The notes below the pieces were generated by a model. It worked only from the letters and a program-made list of their open reading frames with translations. It was not told the DNA's origin and did not search any database. Both the position numbers and the translations under genes were made by a program. DNA of 62,059 bases, filler included, from Sphacelaria rigidula (lineage: Eukaryota): NCBI GenBank assembly GCA_964200075.2. It is 5 parts of 5 records of this genome, joined end to end, with 100 filler letters (N's around TTAATTAATTAA, not from the genome) between each part and the next. Parts side by side here need not be neighbours in the genome. Positions count along the whole stretch, not along the records: positions 12,437 to 24,770 come from CAXNAA020003881.1; positions 24,871 to 37,203 come from CAXNAA020003882.1; 3 more parts are not named here. The stretch is one strand, 5' to 3'. Shown piece by piece: positions 24,265-36,275 of this stretch (position 1 is its first letter; each line of letters starts with the position of its first letter).

Positions 24265-26578
24265 ACCTCGAATCTCTTCCCTGCAAACCGGCGTCGTTTT
24301 GCTGTGGATGCCCCGAAAGCTGCAGTTTCGTCTCTACTTGATTTTGGAGTATTACCTTCGTCATTTGCCGTTCCACGCAGAGGTGTCATTTCGCTGTAGG
24401 CTCCCAACAAACAGGTATTTCACCTTTACTTTAATTTAGAGTGCATGTCTCCCGCTGACACCTCTTCGCTTGCATTTCACTGGACATGAGCGTGAGTTCT
24501 GTTTCTGCTTGGTTTTGAGTACATTTGCTCCCCGTGCTGAGTTCTGCATGGAGTTGGGGCCTTGGGGCGCTGCGATGCGATCCGTTTATTCCCTCATGTC
24601 CACGTCTCAGCGCACCCTTCGACCGTCAGGGGTATACCTTCATCGGTCGACCGCTCTCCCCTTGCGGAATCGGCACCGTTTTTAACTTCAAATTAAATCG
24701 GCATCATATCCATTTGACAATCGACCAATGCTACGGTAGGGGTGTACTTTCTCCGCGAAATTTTGTCTGGNNNNNNNNNNNNNNNNNNNNNNNNNNNNNN
24801 NNNNNNNNNNNNNNTTAATTAATTAANNNNNNNNNNNNNNNNNNNNNNNNNNNNNNNNNNNNNNNNNNNNTTTTAATCCTCCGGGTTCTCATCCTCAATC
24901 AAAAGCACCATCCTCAACATAGATGATTGGCTGTTTCAACCAGCACTCTAGACAGTAGATTTATCGTGGGGTTGGTCTCTGTCTATGCGACAGTTTCGAT
25001 AACCGGCTTACTCGCGTTTATAACTCTGTGTATATACACCAGTAGCAGTAGGTGATAAGGTAGTCGGAGAGGTCACACGCAGGGACGTTTCAAATTCCAG
25101 TAGGTCTCCTCTAGTTCGATCGGTCTTGTACGAATCTTTCGCCGTGTAGGCGCCCTTTTTCTTGTAAAAAAATTGTTTCTCGCCTTTCTCTGCAAGCTGT
25201 TTGAGTTATGGGCATGGGTGGTATGCTCCTTGCACCACTCTGTGACCACGGGTTCAAGAGGTCGAGCTAACGTTAAGGATATGATAGTAATACGGACTGC
25301 ATAATATATTACCTCGACGACGGCACGAAAAAAAAAGGATCTGTTGTCCGGACCCGAACTCGTGATCTCTGTAACTGGATTACAGAGACACCGCGGTGTG
25401 ACACAAAAAGTGCTAGGCTGGGCTCAATCATTGTAGGGTTTTTTGGCCGAAATTATAGAAAGATCTTCTGCTCGCGAGCACGTTCAACATTTTTAGGCAA
25501 CCCGTCATTTTTCTATATTTTCACGGAGTTACGACATTTTCCTTGGCATCGTGTCAAAAAATCAGCGCTTAACTCCTCAGATTTAGCACCATCTGACCCA
25601 AAAACATTCAAGAACCATGGTCAGCTGGCTCAGCTCGAACACAAAAAAACTTCACATCCAGGTGTGTGTTGTCTGTAAACACGGGATCCTAAGAAATTCG
25701 TTCGAAGGCACGTTTGACGGGGTACCACAGGTTGCACAATTATATGCATACGACGTATATACCTCAGTTCGATCCCGTAAAAAAAAATCCGTTCCCATAT
25801 TTCAGGATTCCATGTTGGTACACAAATAAATGCACATATGTATCGCCATTTCAGGTGTCACTATCGTGTTTCGTATCCGCCCCACTGCAGAACTGTGAAA
25901 GAGGCTGAGTGATAAGCTAACCGATAGGTATGTACCTAACGAAACGGGCAAGATGGCGTAATTCTGACCTCACTCCTCGAGCGCCTAGTTTAGTCCAGTA
26001 TGGGCTAAATGAGCATCAAACAACGTTTTCGTGAGATTGAGAGTAGAGCGCTGATTGAGAGTGGCTTTGATCGTTCACTTCACCTTGGCCATTTTTTCAT
26101 TCTGTGTGTGCTTTTTCTTACCTTTATCACTAGCGTGTGCTTACAGCTACACCTCGGTATCCTACTCAGGGATATCAAGGGCCTCAGTGGCAAGCTACTA
26201 CAGAAAGCATATTGGGCCTCGTGGAGGGGCATTTCGGAACTGAAACGTTTAATTCACTGATTGACCACTCTTCACTCTCAATCGTATCCTCTACTCTCAA
26301 TCTCACTAAAATACTGTTATCGTTGACTTGACTTGGTTGATTCATCGATTGCCATACATGAAGTGATCCAGCATGTGTCACAGAGTAGACGTTCCCATGA
26401 TGAACGAACGGAAACACTCTCTAAAGAAGAAGAGTGAAGGGGAAATAAGAGGGTTATTTTTTTCTTCCTTGTACCTCATTTTGGGTGGGTAGCCTGCGAC
26501 CACGGAAGGCGTTCGCATCAGATGCCCAGTACAGAGTACTACCAAGATATCGCTGACTCTAACTCTCAATATGAAGAC

Positions 26579-26579
26579 T

Positions 26580-26610
<31 letters not shown>

Positions 26611-26622
26611 CGACAACAACGA
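26579..26622. repeat. (AAC)n microsatellite
   Basis: Direct reading. Confidence 0.9.
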
Positions 26623-26843
26623 CATCGAAGACGGAGTCAGACTGAAAAACGAAAATAGAATATTTAGTTTCGTTTTTCTTGGGTACGTCCATCATAAGAC
26701 CACGGCTGGACCCCTGGGGGGTCAGTTAAAGTGCGACAATCAATCAATCAAATCAATCAATATATAATAGCACTAAAACTCTACAAGCTCTTCACCTTCA
26801 AAGTTCACCGTATCTTACACCGTACATCAAACGTAGTTTTACC

Positions 26844-29376
26844 CTATAAATTCACCGTTTTTCGCGGTACATCGACGGCATCTTGGGCTGCATCGACGGG
26901 GAGATCCTTTTCCTGTCGTCCCCAACCCGACCCATCTGTTCCCCGCCATGCCCCCCCGCGTTTTTTACGCCAGTTACCATCATGAACCTTGCTCCTTCGA
27001 GGCAAGCTGTTTTCAAGCACCTCTTTCCAAGTCCCCCCTGCGTGCTTAGCCATCAGCACCCCCACACATGCTACGACGGTCAGCACGCGATCCTTTGCAG
27101 ATACCTGAGGAAGGTACTCATCGAAGGGCAACCTTACCGCGCGTGCGTGCGCGCCTTGAGCCTCGGCCAGCGTTAAGCCTCTGCTGTGGTTACGGTCTAC
27201 GATTCCCCCAACAACGTAAACGTCTGAATCTCTCACGTCTTCTAGCGCTTGTTCGGCGTCGGGGCTAAGGTACACGATATTCTCGGCTCCGAAAAGATCG
27301 AACACGGGAAGGGCGCTGCGGTCTACCAGCCAAGCACCGGCTCCAAATCTGCAAATATTTATCGTGGAAAGGACACGGGTAACCCAGGGAGGTCCACGCG
27401 CATAGCGGTACAGGGTGAGACAACAGAGAATTGTAAGGAGGGGGGAAAGAGGATGAGGGAGACGGAAAAGGAGTTCAAAAAGCAGTGCGGGTACTCCAAG
27501 TGCCGCCTCGATGTATGATGTCATAATGTACAGCTTTGCAAGTTCAACAGCGGTCTGTAAACGGTTGAGTTCACCATCTGGCATTCCTCGTCGAACCTGG
27601 TGAAGTGGTGAACAAGCACAAGGATGCGATAGCAGCTACCTACACCAAACCTCCTGAATAAATGAAGAGCGCAAGGGTGACGAAGTCAGTACCCTTTTAT
27701 TGTGTCTTGCTACCAGAAAAGATCCTTGCAGAAAATATCTCACCAAGTAAAACATGACAAACTGCAAGTCAAGGTAAATCCTGTAGTCCGTTGTTTACTG
27801 GTCTTCACCACGCTGCCACGAGTATGAAAAAATATCAAGTCTATTTGGCCCAGCAATTTACCGTCAGGCACGGAAATTATATTTCATGCTTGCTAGAAGC
27901 ACATCCAGATACATTGCATATAGAGCTCAGTGCATCGTCCAGTCGCCAACAAAAGTACCGCGTCGTGCCTGAGGTACAAGACATCAACGGGGCAAAAAAA
28001 AAATGCATTCTTCGGCCGCGACAAGAGATATTATACCAACATCGTTACGATAGCAGTGTAGGCATTCCATTCAGCGACAAGCGAAAAAAACGTGTTTAAT
28101 TAATAACCACCCTGAAGGTTGCACTCCTGAAAGAGATAAGCCCAACATCAAAACACGATCCAGGCACCAGTTTTTGCACATTCGCCGTGTATTATTACCT
28201 TTGCAAAACCTCAGCTGCCTTTCCCCCGTAGGAAGCCAGCGTGAGTAACGGAGGCGACGAGCTAGCCTTCACGCGACCGTACACGTAGCACACTTGCTTT
28301 GCCAAGCTCGAGAGCTCTTTATCTGAGAGGCTCTCCGCCCACTTCAGGTCAACCACAAGCCTCAGCAAGTCTTGGCCAGGGTTGTCCTTCAAGGCCTGCA
28401 TCCGCATCCGTTGTTCTGGCTCATCACATCAGTATTGCGGGGTGGGTAAAGCCGAAGGTGACATTAAAGGGTGTTCAGATGTTCAGGCGTTCGGATACAG
28501 TGCTACCCCATAGAAGTGGCCGGCTAGTAGAAAACATTGTTCTGGTCCTAGGCTTAACCCTTATCCTCGGCCTCAATCATCGTATATCTAGTATATAGGC
28601 GTGAGGACGGGGCAGGGACATAAGCTCGAATCATTGAGGTAAATGTCTTACCCTGACCCGAATAGTTCAGTCTCTGTTTCTTACTGACGAGTTGGTTCTG
28701 TGTTCGATTGGTACAGACGGACCGAGGCAACAGTGATCCAGTGCTTCATACTTAAGTGCACGGCAAGTACCGGAGGAGAGATGCATCCATCCCTTAATAC
28801 CACTGTTCATCCAGAGGACGGCAGGGGGTATCAAACGAACAACAAGAGAAGGCAGTAACGCTCACGATAGCACCACCTTACCGCAGCGATGTTTGACACA
28901 CCCGCGGGTGCCTCTGTGTAGCAACTACTCTGCGAAAGGCGTGCCCATGTCTAGCTTACCCACGCCCGAGGAGGTGGTGCGCCATGTCAACTGCTAATGA
29001 TGTCTTGCGATAACGAATTCCGCAGCCAACGAGGTCTTACACATATCTGTGCAGCTCTTACTCCGAGGTCAAATAACCGAAGGGCTTCGTCTACGTGTGC
29101 ACCTTCCTTTTCCTTCTTCTCCGCCTGCACCATGGCCTTAACTCGCTCGATCCCCAACTCTTCGAATAGTTTCGCCCTCTCCTCGTGTCTCCTGGATCTA
29201 CTCCGTTGAGAAGAAACACGCCGCCCCTTTTTCCGCGACAAACGCTTCAGCTCCTGGGTGATGAGTTAACGTTGGGAGGGTCGCGAAGGGTGAGTCGCGT
29301 CGACGAAAAATGCCCATGCACAGAAACCAACACGCCCTGCCGTAGTAATCTGAGAAACGTCGTAACGCACGAGCAT
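26844..29376 (-). CDS. TRM10: tRNA (guanine-9-N1)-methyltransferase, Trm10 family (SPOUT); exons 29376-29371, 29253-29103, 28415-28199, 27348-26844 (292 aa)
   Basis: Motifs LVVDLKWAESLSDKELSSLAKQVCYVYG, IVYLSPDA, VYVVGGIVDRN, RLPFDEYL, RVLTV and W..VLENSLPRR. GT-AG junction phases 0,1,2 are consistent and the total of 879 nt is divisible by 3. The 6-nt first coding exon is the least certain part. Confidence 0.9.
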
Positions 29377-29899
29377 CCCCTGAACCTTGACCCTTCGACC
29401 GCCGGGGTGGTCATCTGTTGAGTCGGCATCATCTTCACACGAAAATGATCATGAGACCCAGATGACCAACACACTGGCGGTCAAAGGTTACGGGACCGGT
29501 TCCGTACGGGCATAAAAAATGCGGCGGAATATGTCTTGCGGTCGTTACACATTTGGCTTGCGATCATTACATCGTCGTAGGACGTTCGAGTGAGTCAGCA
29601 CAAATCCTGACCTCTTCGAATTTCTTCTACTCTTGCAAAGTTCAACTGAGTGTCGTGGATCGCATGGCGAACACACCTCGACCGCTAGCATGGCCTCCGT
29701 GTGGGCTATATATAGCGAGGTTTCAAAGTCGCAGAACCTACCCATGCTGAACCTATGGACTTGGTTTATCCAATGTTCCCTCTCTGCTGTGTAGGGAGAC
29801 ATGGTGGGGGTTGTTCTTTCCGATATTCAAGGTTTGCATCCTCGGCAAAAAATTATGTGCCTATAATGGCGTGTGAGTGTCCAGCACATCAAATAGCCG

Positions 29900-30215
29900 T
29901 CAAAGAGCAATGAAGAAGAAAAAATAACGGCCAAAAGGGGAGAATCACCCACCAAAAGTACGAACGACGATTTCACCTCTGACGGTGCCAAATGTGAGTA
30001 ACTGCGAGTACCCCTTACCATTCAAATTTTCTGGGAAGCCCGCGACTACGCAGACACGCCCTTTTGATTCGCTTTGTGTCTCAGTCACCATACATTGACG
30101 CTTTAGCAACCGTGGCCTACTAACGACCAAGAAGGTCTATTGGAGGTGGTCGTTAGCGGACATGGGCAATGTCACTGTTACCAGCTTGGCACTCAGGATG
30201 TGCAATACACTCACG
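29900..30215 (-). pseudogene. Degenerate coding relic homologous to about 35520-35930 (+), possibly PD-(D/E)xK nuclease-like
   Basis: Peptides RVCVVAGFPE...YSHLAPSEVKS align with LVRTVAGFPV...YSYLAPLEVKS. Several differences are synonymous. This copy is frameshifted. Confidence 0.5.
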
Positions 30216-31549
30216 ACATCTATGTGCAGGTCAATAATGACTTGAGGACTGATTACCATCTCAGGCGCCTTCTGGACTTCATACAGACTAACCCAACTAC
30301 ATCCTACCGTTGTCCCAAATCATTTTCCCATCGCAGATTGGCCGTGAACCATCGACCAAAAAGGACGTGAGCATAGCATGCGTGGGTCTTATTTAAATCG
30401 GCACCCAGGCGCAGGTAAGAGGGAAAACGCGTTGCTGCACGGCGCGTGTCACGCCATGCCGCGAAAGTGGACTCCGCATACTAGGAAATCGATTTGGATC
30501 AAAATTAAGTAAAAGCCGTATGAGCATCCAAAAAGGCGCCTGAGATGGTAAACTCTACCGCAAAAAAATATTTGTGCATCCGCATGCGCCCTCAAACTTG
30601 TGTACATCCTTGAATAATGACAAATACAACGATTTCGAAGCACTATATCTGCTCGCTTTTGTGGGCTCCGCGTGTCATACTCTACTGCACGTGAAAAGCT
30701 CTTTTTTCAGAATCGGCGCCTGCTGCGCCGATTTGAGGTCTGCCAACACACACTTGCCTAGAGCCCTCCATGCCCGAGGTTTTGAAATGCCTCGAGTTGG
30801 GGTCAGGCCTTGGCCTTGGACGAAGACCGTATTGCTGTACCAGATCGACTTCATGATGCAAGGTGACATGTATACTGCTGTACCGTACACAGCAGCTTTG
30901 TACACAGAGCCCACAAAGCAGTCAGATAAACTATTATACTTCGCAAAGGTGGCCGTGGTGGAAGTGGTCACGCGGCAGTGGTTCGCCACTCGTTGTATTT
31001 GCCATCATCCACGGATGCAAACGAGTTTAAGGGTGCATCCGGATGCTAACATATATTTTTGCGCAACTCCACTAAATACACGTTTCAATACAGACAGTAG
31101 TATAGCCGTGAAGTTTCAGTTCTACCGTCCCGGCAAAAACTTCATATTTCCGATCACTGATTTAAAGTATAGCGAGAGTGTAGTACAGTTAAGTACAGTT
31201 AACGTGCGACGCAGAAATCTCTTACGCAACAGCACGCTCACCACAGTCAAGAGGATGCACCCGGTATCATGCGAGGGCAGTGGCGACGTATGTTGGGGAA
31301 TCCTTGATCCACAGCAACTACATTGTTCATGACCACGTCACGTTGCCGTGTCTATCAATTGCTATCGCTATTGTCATGGCTGGTCTCACAGGCCTCAATA
31401 GCCTGGTGGGGGGGAAGCTCCAGCACGTTTCTCCTCGATGGGCATGTTTGCTTGACTCGAGGGCAAACTACGAAGTGCCGTACAGTAAGTACTACAGTAC
31501 GGTATACTGCGCTGATTGCGCGGGTATATCCACCACCACCGATAAATCG

Positions 31550-31760
31550 ACATAGGGGGTGTATTGCATCAAGCCATTGCTGTATCTGCAGGCCTTCGAG
31601 TGCTTTCCTACCCTTCCCCTCGCCGTTGCGGTTGCCGTCGTTGTTTCTTCACATCAAAAACCGTTCCGATATTTGCGTAGTACTCCGTACTGAGTATCTG
31701 GTTCGGACGCCTGCCGTGGTCACCCTTTAACAACCCAAAATAACGTATAATGAAATCAAA
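31550..31760 (+). repeat. Dispersed repeat, probably a retroelement 3' end; copies at 1-95 (+) and about 26480-26575 (-)
   Basis: Shared TCTTCACATxAAAAACCGTTCxGATAT...GTACTGxGxATCTGxTxxGGACGCCT, followed by an A-rich tail. Confidence 0.65.
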
Positions 31761-32499
31761 CAAAAATAAAGCAGGACCAAGGCTTACGTACCATTTTCGT
31801 TGCGCAGTGAATACGCCGATCTATGTGGGCTCAAACGTCAATCTGTACAGGTTCACCGTCCGTCAGGAAGGCTCACAAGAGGCAGGCCGGTAGCAAACAC
31901 TATTTTTTCTGTACGATGAAAAAATCGATTCAACACCAAAAGATGCTTCGCTAGCAACCGATGTGCTTGTGCTGCAACCGTGTGTACTGTACCGTATACA
32001 CACGGTTTATAACAGCCGCATCACCAAGGCAGACGCTTTCCTATCTAGATAGATGATTCATTGACGCGGTGTTTTGGCCGTTCCTTGTCAGTCGGCGCGC
32101 AATGTGCCCATGTGACTGCTTCAGTCTCGAGAGCAAATTATGATAAGATTGGTATACCTGCTATACAGTACTTGCATTTCTTCACTTTTCTTCAGCGGGT
32201 ATTTCAATTTACTTCAGTCTCGAGCACGTCTATCATGCGACCACGGCGGATGCAGCAATCAATTAAATGAATATATACCTGTGGTTGCTGAAGGGTTACG
32301 AATGAGGTATCTGATGATGAAAAAATTGGATGCAAGTTGTCTCCTCTTGTGCCTTTTATATTGAATTCAGAGAGAGGAAACTCCAATGTCGGAATCTCAT
32401 AGAACGCCATAAACCGTGCGGTGCCCCAGTTGCAATGAAATTATATTTTGACGTACCAGGTGGGCCAGCCATGCAGATCTGAAGGATTCACGTGGATTC

Positions 32500-32762
32500 T
32501 CGCCTCATTTTTGAGAGTTTCAAATTCAAATTTGGTACGGAGAATTGGAAGGATAAAATAAACAACGAAGTTTCCCCATCGTGAGATTATTTTGTATTAT
32601 TTCATAAGTTGAGGGCAAAAAACATTATCCAGTTCTCACCAACACATCCCTAACACATGAGATATCAAAACCTCAGGGTGGTAGATTTCGCTCTTACTTC
32701 AGTATGCTCTACCGATTCCTCGTACCAAACTTATAATTTGGAACGGTAAAAATGAAGGCGAA
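32500..32762. repeat. Degenerate inverted-repeat (MITE-like) element
   Basis: CCTCATTTTT...CAAATTCAAATTTGGTACGGAGAATTGG pairs imperfectly with CCGATTCCTCGTACCAAACTTATAATTTG...AAAAATGAAGG. Confidence 0.5.
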
Positions 32763-32928
32763 AGTCCCTGATTTACGTGCTGCCCAGCCTGCAATCGGAG
32801 CTGTATGCAGGCCATCTAGCCACTCAGTTTCTGAGACTTGCACTTTGAAGCCTCGCGTGGGAAATACAAGGGCATAATTATATATATACTAGATGCAGGA
32901 TATTTTGCTTTTATTCTCTGTGAATTAA

Positions 32929-33026
32929 CCCTTGGACGACGAGAGTAGGTCATCTGTTGAGTCGGCATCAAATTCGCTTGAAAAAGGTATGCGTGATCCA
33001 GATGGACTACCCTCGCGATCTAAGGG
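32929..33026. mobile_element. piggyBac-type MITE
   Basis: TTAA|CCCTTGGAC...TCTAAGGG|TTAA. Homologous to 12623-12720. Confidence 0.85.
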
Positions 33027-33874
33027 TTAAGGAGGTCTCGGTGTGATAGATACTATTTGTTCACGAGAATGCCCGTAAATCACGGGGGGCGTACTCATTT
33101 GTTGCTTGCTAAATCACGGGGGGGGGAGTATAATCCATGGCCCACGAAGTTTTGTTCTTCTGCCCTTGCGAGTCTCCATACAGAAATTTCGAGACCCAAC
33201 TTTAAAAACAGAGCTAAGGGCCAAAAACCATAACATTTTTTTACAAAAACGTTCTCAACTTATGAAGAAAAAAATCATGGGTCCACCCAGTTTTGTTCAA
33301 GCATGACCTTGCAATACTCCACACCAACTTTGAAATCACAACTCTCGAAATTGAGATGAGAATCCTAGATGAGTGCAATTAGTGCCCCTGCTTGTGACAT
33401 TTGAGTTTTGTATGGAATCTCATTTGCGTCATATCTCTAGATAGATGACGAATGAGGTGAAGGTGGGGGTACCCGTCGTTTCCTCGCGTTCCAGGGAATG
33501 TTCCAAGGGCAGGTCGGGTACGGCATACCCAATACTCGGTAGTTTGGAAAGCCACACTTTTGGTACTAAAAAAATTGGGTGGGGTATTTTAGATCATACC
33601 CAACTTACCCAATTCTTGGGTAGAGTATTGAGGCCATACAAAAGTGATACTCTAGACCCAGATATTGCTGAGAGTGCTTACCCAAATTTGGGTAGAGTAT
33701 TGAGGTCATACCCAACTGATACTCTATATCCAGATATTGCTGCGAGTGCATACCCAATATTTGGGTAGAGTATTGAGATCATACTATACCCAATCTACCC
33801 AGACCTTGGTAGAGTAAAATCCCGGGTATTTTATCCGAGTATTCGAAAGTACATACCCTACCCGACCTGCCCTT

Positions 33875-34541
33875 AGCTTTGTCGATCGAGAACATGCGGA
33901 GGAAAGGTTCGAAGGGGCACTTGACCCGTATCTTGCAGACCACCACGCCAGGTACCACCTGTTCACAGAACCGTGTAACCCGCACACAACTCATCCTCAG
34001 CTACCACCAAATAGAGCATAGAGGACGAGTTGGGCACAGGGATAGATGAACTGCAGTTGTTGGGTATGATGTCTTTATTTTTGTTGGCGAGAACTTGAGC
34101 ATATTTTTTCATGGTGAGGATCGGCGACGGAACTGCGTGGTAGGGTGGACGGCCGACTTGCGTACACTCATGGACAGTGCAGGTAGTACAAAGCTGCACT
34201 TTGTTCCAGTCCTTTTCACGTCGCACTGTAAGCAGAGAGTATAGATAGTGCTGCACTGTCTGTACTGCACGTTGCCCGCTTCTCTTTCACATCCTGCTGT
34301 ACAAAACGCGCGCACACACATTCAGGCACACTGTGTGCATACAGCGCAGACAGTACAGAACTGTACTGTGGACGAGCGAACAGGTAACCGCTCCACGAAT
34401 TTCACAGTATTTGTTTTATCGGAAGCTTGCAAATTATCTTGGACCCAGCTCGCGAGGAATGAACGGATTCCCTCGAATTAGTTCCGCCGCTCATTCTTTT
34501 CGGTTAAAAAAATGTGCCAAGACATGCTCTAAGACACGGCC
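33875..34541 (+). mobile_element. 5'-truncated copy of the about 700 bp Harbinger-type element
   Basis: Colinear with about 8310-8846. Ends TAAGACACGGCC|TTA. Confidence 0.8.
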
Positions 34542-35299
34542 TTACCCAATATTTGAGCAAAGTATTGAAATCGTCCCCAATCCATCCAAAATTTGGGTAA
34601 AGTAGTTGATATCGTACCCAGATTACCCGAGTGTTTGAGTTCGCACCCAATCTACCCAAAAATTGGGTATCGTATAGAAATCGTGCCCAAAATACCCAGT
34701 TTGGGGGCAGAGTATAAAGGTCATACCCAAGTGATTCTCTATACCCAGGTATTGCTGCGAGTGCTTACCCAATATTTGGGTAGAGTATTGGGATCATACT
34801 ATACCCAAAATTTTAGGTTTGGGTACTGAACCAGTACGTACTGCCAGTGCCTACACATCTACGTGGATTCCTCACTACTCCTCAAGAATCGCCATCGTAA
34901 TGACTCTGTTTCTTGTGCTGGTACTAGCGGCTGTAATTTGTGCGCGGTGTAGGTTTCGGTTGGGTAGCTTTGGCACTATCGTTATCTTCTACGTACTGTT
35001 GTAGCATGCTATGCTGGTTCGTGTCCCCTTTGTTTTTGTTTTTTATCTTGGCTTCTTGGTTTGATTTTAGGGCTTCCGTGTCCTTGTTTCGTTTGTTTTT
35101 TTGCGAGAGGTTTTCCAGTTCAGTAAACAGGAGCGCCGCTCACCACCTTGTGACCTTGTGCCTTATGCTTTCAACTGCTGGTTTTGTAGGGCTTTCTACT
35201 TGATTGCTTGCATTTTTTCAATGCTCCCCAACGTAAGGGGCTTGGTGGAACATACAGTTTCATGCACCTTCATATGCACAGACTACGTCTCCCACGATC

Positions 35300-35390
35300 A
35301 ATGTGTCTGGTAAGGAATAGCAGGGACGGTATTGGAAAGGCGAGCCTACGTCTGTGACCACGGGTTCGCGAGATCGGACTAATGTGCGGA

Positions 35391-35421
<31 letters not shown>
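35300..35421 (+). mobile_element. Short 5'-truncated retroposon insertion with an (AAT)n tail and 15-bp TSD
   Basis: ACGTCTCCCACGATC is duplicated exactly at 35285-35299 and 35422-35436, with an (AAT)10 tail. The core TCTGTGACCACGGGTTC also occurs at about 25240, with related copies at about 15563 and 17155 (inverted). Confidence 0.88.
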
Positions 35422-35423
<2 letters not shown>

Positions 35424-35519
35424 GTCTCCCACGATCCTGGAGATCCTGGAGTATTTTCCCGGGTACTCACAAGTACATATCCTATCCGACCTGCCCTTGA
35501 AATGCTCTCACCAAAGCCA

Positions 35520-35930
35520 TCGTCCAGTGTACATATTTTGCGGATCACGGCCCAATTGATCTGGGTCGATGAGACAACAACATGGCTGTGAGAAGTCAAC
35601 TCCGTTTCAAGCTAGCCCAGTTCGTGCTCATCCGTAGACTGCTTGAACCAAGGAACGAAATATCACAGGCTTGTCCGCACGGTCGCAGGCTTTCCAGTAT
35701 ACTGTTATGTGAATGATGAGAGGTACTCATATTTGGCGCCATTAGAGGTCAAATCGGGTGCATTCATCTCTAGTACCACCCACCCCTCCAATTTGCTGCA
35801 ACTAGCCCAATCTGCTTTGAACTTGTAGAACGACCGGCGCAAGGTTCGTCGCAAGCTGGATTGGAACAGGCCGCAACCATGTCGGGCCAGACCCTTAGGA
35901 TTCATTTTTTGCCCATACCAAGATTTTGAC
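35520..35930 (+). pseudogene. Degenerate coding relic, possibly PD-(D/E)xK nuclease-like
   Basis: Reads VAGFPVYCYVNDERYSYLAPLEVKS...LLQLAQSALNL*...PLGFIF, with in-frame stops. Homolog at about 29900-30215. Confidence 0.45.
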
Positions 35931-36275
35931 CTTGGGGCAACGGGTCAAGACGGTGCGGCAGATTGCTTTGATTTTTATTTTTCCCCACCCAACCACCCTT
36001 GGGTATGTTTGGATCACATCGTGTATTCACGACCGGGGTACATGACAGATTCGTACCGTAGTTCGACCGGGAGGGACATGCTTCGTGCATCGGGTACCCC
36101 ACGATTTCAGAGGAAATTAGAAGAGGCGTGTAGTAGAGAATGCAGTAGCGAAGATGAACGCATGCACAGATGTGCATGTTACGGTCTGGCTTGGATTTGC
36201 GTTGTGTCACATTTGATACTCATATTATTAACAAATATTCCACATTCAAGAGAGGAGCAAAAGTTTCAAGGGAAC

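Larger units (their letters stand above)
33504..35499. mobile_element. Composite hAT-like non-autonomous element with TACCCAA-rich tandem repeats of about 60 bp and nested insertions
   Basis: TIR CAAGGGCAGGTCGG at 33504, with reverse complements ending at 33874 and 35499. Outer flanks GAATGTTC/AAATGCTC match at 6 of 8. TACCCAATATTTGGGTAGAGTATTG-type units lie at 33590-33810 and 34543-34830. Confidence 0.6.

Noticed and set aside
27349..27584. Hydrophobic N-terminal extension of the Trm10 ORF suggesting a membrane anchor
   Set aside because: Splice phase fits the acceptor at 27348, not 27596, so this stretch is intron read-through.
30574..31332. 252-aa + strand ORF
   Set aside because: It runs through a dispersed repeat (30712-30820) and an inverted repeat pair (about 30560-30630 and 30995-31062), and has no protein-like motif. 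Likely spurious.
33590..34830. Regularly spaced palindromic TACCCAATATTTGGGTA units resembling a CRISPR array
   Set aside because: The intervening sequences are themselves repeated rather than unique spacers, the units are degenerate, they lie between transposon TIRs, and there are no cas genes in this eukaryotic context.
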